8,754 bases of DNA from Candidatus Wukongarchaeum yapensis (lineage in GTDB: Archaea; Asgardarchaeota; Wukongarchaeia; Wukongarchaeales; Wukongarchaeaceae): positions 1-8,754 of the forward strand of contig JAEOSI010000082.1 of assembly GCA_016840425.1 (NCBI GenBank). The letters run 5' to 3'. The notes beneath the pieces were generated by a model. That model was not told the DNA's origin. It worked only from the letters and a program-made list of their open reading frames with translations, and searched no databases. This document shows, piece by piece, positions 1 through 6,405 of this stretch. Position numbers and translations under genes: made by a program. Every line of letters starts with the position of its first letter. Within the stretch, counting starts at the first letter, position 1.

Positions 1-460
1 GGTTTGTCAAAAACTGCTGGGAAAAAGAAGTTTCAGAAATCGTCATAGGAGATATAACCCACATAAGAGAGAACAGTAGAAAGAAAATGAAAGGCAGAAA
101 AGCTAATGCGATGATAAACAACTTCTGGTCTTTTAAATACATCTACGAACGGCTTAGAGTAACAGCAGAAAATCACGGAATAAACACGAGGAAAAAGGAT
201 GAAAAATACACGTCTAAAACCTGTTCTCTCTGCGGAAAAATGCACAGAAACGGTAGAAAACACAGGGGACTATACATCTGTAAAACGCATGGAGTAACGG
301 TGAACGCAGACGTGAACGGTGTAGCGAACATAGCTAACCCGATATTCCCGAAGCCCTACTGGTGGGATAGGGATAACTGGCTGGTGGCACAGCCATCGGT
401 TGTAAAAGTTAAAACAACAACCGTAGAACCTCCAACCCTTTAGGGTAGAGAGTATGTCAG
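1..460 (+). mobile_element. IS200/IS605-family (IS1341-like) element, right-hand part with right end at about 460
   Basis: tnpB is followed by a typical right end: guide tetranucleotide GAAC (426-429), imperfect hairpin ctc-ca-accct-tt-agggt-a-gag (430-450), then AGTATGTCAG ending in TCAG (457-460). The left end and any tnpA lie outside the window. Confidence 0.85.
3..443 (+). CDS. tnpB: TnpB RNA-guided endonuclease (IS200/IS605 family), 5'-truncated by the window edge
   Basis: The frame is open from base 3 (FVKNCWEKEVSEIVIGDITHIRENSRKKM...), so ATG87 is internal. Motifs: RuvC-II region IVIGDI (G codon 48-50), WSF helix, DEKYTSKTC, zinc finger CSLC (222-233)...CKTH (279-290), RuvC-III NADVNGVANI (D codon 309-311). 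Confidence 0.93.
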   Translation, partial: FVKNCWEKEVSEIVIGDITHIRENSRKKMKGRKANAMINNFWSFKYIYERLRVTAENHGINTRKKDEKYTSKTCSLCGKMHRNGRKHRGLYICKTHGVTVNADVNGVANIANPIFPKPYWWDRDNWLVAQPSVVKVKTTTVEPPTL

Positions 461-480
461 TCAAGAAAGTAACCACATTG
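350..480 (+). ncRNA. Predicted omegaRNA/reRNA (3' scaffold plus guide) of TnpB; 5' boundary unknown and probably further upstream
   Basis: Consecutive stems: cccta/taggg (354-358/368-372), tggctg/cagcca (378-383/390-395), cggttgt/acaaccg (397-403/417-423) and the right-end hairpin 430-450. TnpB omegaRNAs are known to overlap the tnpB 3' end and take the guide from flanking DNA (here from 461: tcaagaaagtaaccacattg). Confidence 0.6.
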
Positions 481-1476
481 CAAACAGAAGTTCAAATCTC
501 TTGGTATAAATGCGCCGCATTGGGTGCAAAACTTTTTGAACCGTTCTTCCTCAGCACTTTCCAACATTGATAACCAGTAGATATCATCCATCGAGACACC
601 GCTTACTTCGAAACTCACAAATTTATCCCATTCAAACATTCTTTCTATAAGATCGTCTGCTTCTTCTTTGTTTTTTACAAAAAATCTCACACGTCCCCCT
701 AAACGCATGTAAGGATATCCAAAACCCTCGGAAATTTCTTCAGACATATATTTTTTTGGGACTGCTATTACATCATACTTATACGGGGATCTTTCAAAAA
801 TCTCCCCTACACTCCCTATTTTAAGAGTGGACCCGCCACGTTTCATTAATAACATCTTTGTACATAGCCTGTCCACGACTTCTGAATGGTGATCAACTAT
901 GATCAAAGTGATTCCTTTGACATAGTCTTCGAGATACTTAATTAGATGCTCTCTTCTGCGGAAGTCTAAAGTGGCAAAGACTTCGTCTAATAGTAGTATT
1001 TCAGGCTTTTTCATTAGTCCTATTGCTAATCTTGTCATGGCTTTTTGTCCTTCACTGAAAGTTTCCAGTCTCAAGTCTAGCATGGGCATAAGCCCCATAT
1101 ATTGCAAAAAATCGAAAGCCTGATCTATTTTGCTGTCTTGTATGTCCGCGAAAAATTTCAAGGTTTCTTTTAATGTCAATTTTTTCTGGAAATCAAGAGC
1201 AGGACTAACAAGCGATATCCTATTACGGACTTCTTCCGTATCCTTTATTATATCATATCCGTCAATTAAAGCGGTTCCTGAGTCTGGAAGATAAATTGTT
1301 GCAAGAATTTTTAAAAGAGTGGTTTTTCCAGATCCGTTAGGCCCAATTATGGCTAAAGATTCTTCTCGGTCGAGCTCGAAAGATACACCGTCAATAATCC
1401 TTATAGCTTCGCCCATGAAAAGGTTAGGTTTAAACTCTTTTACAATTTTATCCGCTACAACTATTTTATCTGCCAA
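457..1476 (-). CDS. ABC-2-type exporter ATP-binding subunit with C-terminal zinc ribbon
   Basis: Walker A GPNGSGKT (1321-1344), signature FSEGQ (1045-1059), Walker B ILLLDE, H-loop IIVDH; C-terminal FCTQCG-x8-FCLQCG (475-528). TTG start with TGGGGA upstream; adjacent to an ABC-2 permease. Confidence 0.93.
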   Translation of the reverse strand: MADKIVVADKIVKEFKPNLFMGEAIRIIDGVSFELDREESLAIIGPNGSGKTTLLKILATIYLPDSGTALIDGYDIIKDTEEVRNRISLVSPALDFQKKLTLKETLKFFADIQDSKIDQAFDFLQYMGLMPMLDLRLETFSEGQKAMTRLAIGLMKKPEILLLDEVFATLDFRRREHLIKYLEDYVKGITLIIVDHHSEVVDRLCTKMLLMKRGGSTLKIGSVGEIFERSPYKYDVIAVPKKYMSEEISEGFGYPYMRLGGRVRFFVKNKEEADDLIERMFEWDKFVSFEVSGVSMDDIYWLSMLESAEEERFKKFCTQCGAFIPRDLNFCLQCGYFLD

Positions 1477-1512
1477 CTTTCATTCCCCATATCATATCCT
1501 TATTCCAACTTT

Positions 1513-2358
1513 TTAATAGAATTCCAAGGTACCCCATTTTCTACTTAAATCGGTTATCTTCGCGATAAAAATGAAAGCAAAAACCAGCGCTATTACCGTA
1601 CCTATCAACATCCATTCTAGACCCTCCCAAACTGCAGTATGGGAAATTCCCCCACCTTTATCCTCTGGAATCACGATGTCCCGTATCATTACTAACCCTC
1701 TTGCAATAGGCAAGTAATTTTCAATCCACATCGCAACAGGACCAAATTCAGATTCCTTCCCATTCGACAAGGGGAAATAAAAACCGCTCAAAATTCTTGA
1801 GCTATGCAGAAAAATATTAATGATGACTCCTATTTTTTTGACTATTAATGTGAGGGCTGAAACAATAAAAACAAGGGCTAACATGAAGAACATGCTGATA
1901 AAAAGTATGAGAAAAATCTCTAATAGATATTCTGGAGGAATTCTCAAGTCCAAGACGTACATTACCGGGTATACAACAGCTGCTGCTATGATGGTAAATT
2001 TAAATACTGAAGAAACCATTCTGCCTGTTAACATTGTTGCGGGAGAAACTTGATTAGTTACCAGGAAACCTAGTGTTCCTCTTGCTGCTTCTTCTGGCAC
2101 AGCTAAAACTGATTCTTCGAAGGGTCTTGAGAAAAATGTCCAGTAAAAAATACCGGTTACAAGAATCCAAATGAATGCATTTGTTCCTTGATATTTTACG
2201 AAATTTTCGTTACCTTGTCCGGCAGCATAGCCCAGCGTTCCGAAGGCAACAACTGTTACCATGGTCCAAATCGCATCAGTAACAATTGAAAATTTATATC
2301 TCCAATCGATTTTCAGATAGCGCCATGTGCAGGCGTTTAATGTTTTAAAGTATCCCAA
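1513..2358 (-). CDS. ABC-2 type transporter permease
   Basis: About six hydrophobic segments; EEAARGTLGFL (E-x3-GT motif), LSGFYFPL and terminal R-x2-GTLEFY typical of ABC-2 permeases. TTG start with AAGGAGG at 2370-2376. Confidence 0.9.
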   Translation of the reverse strand: MGYFKTLNACTWRYLKIDWRYKFSIVTDAIWTMVTVVAFGTLGYAAGQGNENFVKYQGTNAFIWILVTGIFYWTFFSRPFEESVLAVPEEAARGTLGFLVTNQVSPATMLTGRMVSSVFKFTIIAAAVVYPVMYVLDLRIPPEYLLEIFLILFISMFFMLALVFIVSALTLIVKKIGVIINIFLHSSRILSGFYFPLSNGKESEFGPVAMWIENYLPIARGLVMIRDIVIPEDKGGGISHTAVWEGLEWMLIGTVIALVFAFIFIAKITDLSRKWGTLEFY

Positions 2359-2408
2359 ACTTTATTTTTCCTCCTTTTCTTTTTTTGTTTTAGTTACTTG
2401 GTATTCCT

Positions 2409-3404
2409 TTATTTTTCCTTTTTTGCAGTAAAAGCGTACCATGGTTTTTCGTAGAATTTTACTTGTTTAAATCCTGAATTTACGAGGGTTGCATTGAATT
2501 TTTCTTTGTCGGGATAACTTTTGAATTCTGCGATTACATGGTTTATCCATTCGTCATAAGCTTCTCCTGTGAAAAAGGTCGTTCCTGCAAATACTCCTTC
2601 TGGTTTAAGGATGTTTTCCACCTGTTCTGTAATATTTTTTAAAGAGGGGGAGTCTGGAAAATATTGGAGGCCGTCAAAGATGAAAACGTAATCATAATCG
2701 TTTCTGGCGGCATATTGGCTTATATTTTCAAGGTCTTTTATTACAGTAATAGAAGCTTCTTTTATGTTATAAATATCTACAACATAGTCTGCGGCTTTTT
2801 TAAATTCTTGGTTGAAGCACATTCCTTCTATCTCGAAAACTCTTCCATCTGTTATATCAAGAACGGTTTTTATACCGTACCCTGTTTCTTGTCCGATGAT
2901 ACAGACATATGTTTCTTTATTTTTCTTAAGATTAGCCTTTTCCATAACATATTCTCGTCTTATTTCGTCAAGAGTTGAACCGGCTATCGCATCATAAAGC
3001 CATAATTCCTTTTGCATAGGTTCTCGTTCAGTCTCATTTTTTATATAAGGAACAAAAACTTGATTCAACCTTTGATAACGTAAAATTTGAGGATATTTAC
3101 GTATTTCTTCAAGTAAAGGGGGGGAAAGCTGCGATATCTCTTTTCTTTTTTCTTCTGTATGTGTAGTGGTCGAAAAAAGGTCACCTTGTTTTTCTAAAAC
3201 CCCTTGGTTTGCTAAAAACGAAAGCCATTTCTCTAAAGTTTCATTTTTAACAAATCTTTTTTCCGAAGATATTTCAGTCATGGACTTTTGAGAAGCCAAA
3301 AGAGTAAATAATTTCTCTTCTTCAGCATTTTTCGTAGCAATTCTTGTGAGTTCGCTCAAAACCTTTTCTTCACCTATTATTAATTCTTCCTCTTTTTTCC
3401 CCAA
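2409..3404 (-). CDS. N-terminal winged-helix + class I SAM-methyltransferase-fold protein with degenerate SAM motifs
   Basis: N-terminal LFTLLASQKSMTEIS...LEKWLSFLANQGVLEKQGDLF looks like a wHTH. C-terminal VCIIGQETGYG (motif I-like, 2880-2906), IEGMCFN (motif II-like), YDYVFIFDGLQYFPD, ILKPEGVF and LVNSGFKQV follow the Rossmann methyltransferase pattern. TTG start with GGAGGAG at 3414-3420. Confidence 0.7.
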   Translation of the reverse strand: MGKKEEELIIGEEKVLSELTRIATKNAEEEKLFTLLASQKSMTEISSEKRFVKNETLEKWLSFLANQGVLEKQGDLFSTTTHTEEKRKEISQLSPPLLEEIRKYPQILRYQRLNQVFVPYIKNETEREPMQKELWLYDAIAGSTLDEIRREYVMEKANLKKNKETYVCIIGQETGYGIKTVLDITDGRVFEIEGMCFNQEFKKAADYVVDIYNIKEASITVIKDLENISQYAARNDYDYVFIFDGLQYFPDSPSLKNITEQVENILKPEGVFAGTTFFTGEAYDEWINHVIAEFKSYPDKEKFNATLVNSGFKQVKFYEKPWYAFTAKKEK

Positions 3405-3462
3405 AGCTTTTTACTCCTCCTTTTATCATAAACAAGTTTTCGTTTTTTCTTCTTTCTTTTTT

Positions 3463-4623
3463 TTATTGTACTATTGAAAGAAGACTTATGAGATTGCGGC
3501 TTTTAAGAAGTAGAAGATAATCTACGAGTCTGCCTATGTTAACGCCTGCTTTTTTGCTTATCTGATATATGGTTTCTTTTCCAGTCATTTCCTTGTACAA
3601 TGGTATCAAATCGCTGAAAAATTCTACCTCTATCGGTGTTTCTATTCCCTCTTTATTCTCATTTTTGGTGAGTGTAGAGGGAAGTAAAAGCTTCGAATAC
3701 AAAACTATTTCAATTAATTCTTTTCTTGTCATGTTTCTAACCGTTAAATCTTCATTACTTTCTAAGTATTTTATAAGTTCCATTACCAGTTCGGGGTCTG
3801 CATAGATCTTTTTTTCTTCTAAAACGTCCATAAGACTTCTTAACCATTCTTCAATAGCCTCATTTAAAACTGTTTTAGAAAATACGACTAGAACGGCTTT
3901 TCTGCCGCTTGAAGAGATCACGTAGAGATTTTGATCCTTCCATGTGGTTAAATTAACTCTTTTCACTCCCTCTTTCATCATCTCTTCAGTCATTTTCGCT
4001 ATTTTCACAGGCTCTATTTTAACCCCTTCTATGAAGTTTGGCACCAGCCGTGTATCAACATTATTCCTTTCAAAATCTATAAGAACTAAACCATGCAAAT
4101 TTTGGAATTCATCATGAGTCTTTACTATCTTTTCCCCTGGCACTAAAGTATACTCGCGTATCTTCCCTTCCCTTTCATACATGACAAAGGTGCGACCGGT
4201 CTCTTTAAATGCATCTTCAAACGCTCTAGGCATCCTTTTTGGTTCCCCTCGAGAACGAACTATTGATGCTTTAGCGATCCTTTCTAACTCTTCTGTCAAC
4301 GCATTTTCTTTACATATAAATAATAGTAAACTGGTTGTAATGGCACCATCTTTCTCTTTATCAAAGCGTGATGCAACCACTCTCTCATTCCCGATCTTTA
4401 AGATATCTATAGGCGTGTGGCTTAACCCTGTATATATCTCAATTAGTCGTGATTGATTTTGTTCAAACTCTGTTATTAAATAGGAGTCTTTAATTACTTT
4501 AAAAAGAAAGGCTATAGGTCCTTCTACAATGTCGAAATTTATGAGGCAAATCGATTTTACACCAAGATCTCGCAGCTTCGGGACAATCTTTTGGGGGAGT
4601 ATTAGATCCTTCAAATAAGCCAA
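3463..4623 (-). CDS. Longin/uDENN-like domain protein with a probable second longin/roadblock-like domain and C-terminal winged helix (NPRL2-like architecture)
   Basis: SICLINFDIVEGPIAF (FDIVEGP at 4516-4536) matches the F-[DH]-x3-G-P first-strand motif of uDENN/longin domains. A second alpha/beta block starts LHGLVLIDF; the C-terminal LYKEMTGKETIYQISKKAGVNIGRLVDYLLLLKSRNLI looks like a wHTH. Start placed at TTG 4623 (GGGAGG at 4631-4636, 7 nt spacing) rather than GTG 4644; 386 aa. Confidence 0.65.
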   Translation of the reverse strand: MAYLKDLILPQKIVPKLRDLGVKSICLINFDIVEGPIAFLFKVIKDSYLITEFEQNQSRLIEIYTGLSHTPIDILKIGNERVVASRFDKEKDGAITTSLLLFICKENALTEELERIAKASIVRSRGEPKRMPRAFEDAFKETGRTFVMYEREGKIREYTLVPGEKIVKTHDEFQNLHGLVLIDFERNNVDTRLVPNFIEGVKIEPVKIAKMTEEMMKEGVKRVNLTTWKDQNLYVISSSGRKAVLVVFSKTVLNEAIEEWLRSLMDVLEEKKIYADPELVMELIKYLESNEDLTVRNMTRKELIEIVLYSKLLLPSTLTKNENKEGIETPIEVEFFSDLIPLYKEMTGKETIYQISKKAGVNIGRLVDYLLLLKSRNLISLLSIVQ

Positions 4624-4644
4624 ATTAGTGCCTCCCTTTAACAC

Positions 4645-4893
4645 CAGTAATTCCCTGCTTTTTGTTCATGTTTTACTTATTCCTAAATATAATTCTCTTT
4701 CTTTAACTTTAATTTTTCGCTTTCCTTTTTTGCGGAAATCTCTCCTATTTAAATTAAATTTCTGCTTTACCATAATAGTATTAAGAAACACTCTCTAAAG
4801 AGAATATAGATAAAAAAATGAGAATAAGCTTAAAAAAGAAAAAACCATACTGTTTAAAAAATTATTTTCATACTATATAACGGGGGAAAATAT
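4645..4893. promoter_or_regulatory. AT-rich divergent promoter region
   Basis: Non-coding region between divergent genes. TATA-like TTTAAAAA at 4853-4860 (+) and purine-rich BRE + TTATATTT around 4684-4700 (-). Exact boxes cannot be fixed by eye. Confidence 0.45.
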
Positions 4894-5697
4894 TTGTCAG
4901 AATTGTTAAGCGTTCGAGAAGAAGAAGAAAGACAAAAATTTGAAAAATTCGTAATTAACGAAATTAAAGAGATAGAATCTTTTCTTATTAAACAAATAAA
5001 ACTATTATCTGAGGGGGAAATTAGAAGGATTTCTTCCTTAACCGGATGCAATCTTGAAGCAAGCCGTGTAGTTGCAATTTTGGAACAAAATTGGCAAATA
5101 GACCCAGATCTTGTTTGCGATGAACTTCAAACAGAACATGTAAGATTACGCCAAATAGGAGAGGAAGTTCCTTCCATAGAATCATATTTACTACAATTCT
5201 CGGTTAATGAGGGTGCATGGATTAAATTTTTTTACGTAAATTTTCCAGAACTTTTAAATGAAAAAATTAAAAATCTTAAACGTTTAGAAGAAGGAATTTT
5301 TGGAACAGTAAAAGAAGCAGAACCAGACGATGCAGTTTACTATATAGTGGAGCTTTACATTCTTCTTAAAACACTTATTGAAGTCGTTATAGAAACTTGG
5401 GTAAAAACCCATATCAAATCTTTTCCTTATGAAGCATCTATCAGAATAGTGGGAGGTCTAAGAAATAAAAGATATGCTGAGGGAGCCTTTGACTTAGATG
5501 AAATACGGAAACCACTTATCAAAAAATTCAATTTTTTAAGATCGATAATAGAAAATTTACAAAAATCGACTCATGTCGTTAAAAGTCTTGAAATTCTTTC
5601 CAGTATAATGGGAGAGTTAACTTCAGAAAAAGATACAAATGACCTATCACTGAAAACATTATCTTGCATGATCTTAGAAGTAGCCATGGAAAAATAA
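4894..5697 (+). CDS. Hypothetical, predominantly alpha-helical acidic protein (267 aa)
   Basis: Long ORF with E/K/I/L-rich composition like its neighbours; TTG start with GGGGG at 4882-4886. No motif recognised. Confidence 0.8.
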   Translation: MSELLSVREEEERQKFEKFVINEIKEIESFLIKQIKLLSEGEIRRISSLTGCNLEASRVVAILEQNWQIDPDLVCDELQTEHVRLRQIGEEVPSIESYLLQFSVNEGAWIKFFYVNFPELLNEKIKNLKRLEEGIFGTVKEAEPDDAVYYIVELYILLKTLIEVVIETWVKTHIKSFPYEASIRIVGGLRNKRYAEGAFDLDEIRKPLIKKFNFLRSIIENLQKSTHVVKSLEILSSIMGELTSEKDTNDLSLKTLSCMILEVAMEK

Positions 5698-5732
5698 ACG
5701 AAATACAAAAACAATTTAATAACATTTATTCT

Positions 5733-5774
5733 ATTTTTTCTAAATCTTAAACTATCTTTCTAATTTTTTCTAAA
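5733..5774 (+). terminator. Tandem oligo-T tracts (12-bp direct repeat ATTTTTTCTAAA), possible archaeal intrinsic terminator
   Basis: attttttctaaa occurs at 5733-5744 and 5763-5774, 36-77 nt downstream of the 4894..5697 stop. Oligo-T tracts terminate archaeal transcription. Confidence 0.4.
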
Positions 5775-5790
5775 ACAATTTTAGTGAGAT

Positions 5791-6405
5791 GTGTGGCTTG
5801 TGATCGATTTTCTTTTAAAAATTGGAAGGTTAAAACGTTACCCTAGAATGGGATGGATTGTTTCAGGTGTCAATCTTGCAGAAATTGAGACCGTTGGAGC
5901 TCATTCATTCAGAACTGCCTTAATCGCTTTAATTTTATCTATGAGGGAAAAGGAACTGTCGAGGGATGAAATTGATATTAGAAGAGTTTTAGAAATGGCC
6001 CTTTTACATGATTTTTCGGAAGCAGTCCTTCAAGATATTGACCGGCGGGTTATTCCTTATTTTGGAGAAGAATTTAAACAGTTAAAAAAGCGGGCAGAAA
6101 AAAGAGCTGTTGAAGAGATTATTTCAAGTATGGGCGACCATGTTGAAACTAAGCGAACTTTCTTGGAAGTTATCGAAGATTACATGCTTGAAAAATCAAA
6201 AGAGGCAAAGATAGTGCAGGTTGCAGACAGGTTAGAAGTGCTGATACAGGCTTTTGAATATGAGCAGCTTGGATATCCTAAGAAATTGTTTGAAGACTTT
6301 TGGAGTAACATCGTTAAAGAAGTGGAAAATTCGGGCATTAAAAGTGCAAACAAATTATTAGAAGAACTATTAAGATCAAGAAACAGAAAAAAAGGATCGT
6401 GTTAA
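5791..6405 (+). CDS. HD-domain 5'-deoxynucleotidase, YfbR/HDDC2 (YGK1)-like
   Basis: LKRYPRMGW, ETVGAHS, LLHDFSEAVLQDI and ADRLE give the H...HD...D metal ligands of this family. GTG start at 5791 or 5800. Confidence 0.9.
   Translation: MWLVIDFLLKIGRLKRYPRMGWIVSGVNLAEIETVGAHSFRTALIALILSMREKELSRDEIDIRRVLEMALLHDFSEAVLQDIDRRVIPYFGEEFKQLKKRAEKRAVEEIISSMGDHVETKRTFLEVIEDYMLEKSKEAKIVQVADRLEVLIQAFEYEQLGYPKKLFEDFWSNIVKEVENSGIKSANKLLEELLRSRNRKKGSC

Noticed and set aside
87-89. ATG87 as the TnpB start (118-aa protein)
   Set aside because: The frame is open to the window edge and contains RuvC-II upstream, so the gene starts outside the window. It is not evidence of a mini-TnpB or pseudogene.
33-476. 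Minus-strand ORFs 33..263 and 270..476
   Set aside because: Antisense shadows of tnpB and the IS right end; no motifs.
880-1059. Non-canonical ABC motifs (FSEGQ, DEVFATLD, IIVDH) as a sign of an inactive ATPase
   Set aside because: The key Ser and second Gly of the signature, the Walker B DE and the switch His are retained; such variation is common in ABC-2 ATPases.
1441-1473. ADKIV-V-ADKIV 18-nt-period duplication at the ATPase N-terminus
   Set aside because: Only two short, diverged units; at most a small local duplication, with no functional inference possible.
1319-4456. Plus-strand ORFs 1319..1516, 1820..2053, 2664..2978, 2812..2997, 3569..3805 and 4181..4456
   Set aside because: All lie antisense within longer, motif-bearing minus-strand genes and have shadow-like composition.
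4645-4893. AT-rich region as a replication origin; small hairpins (tctct-aa-agaga, tttcc...ggaaa)
   Set aside because: No ORB/mini-ORB repeats and no orc1/cdc6 nearby; stems are short and expected by chance.
6379-6405. HD protein ends in a polybasic stretch + Cys (RNRKKGSC) near a CAAX-type protease
   Set aside because: Not a CaaX motif, since Cys is terminal. The tail overlaps the next gene's start and is probably unconstrained, and there is no prenyltransferase evidence.
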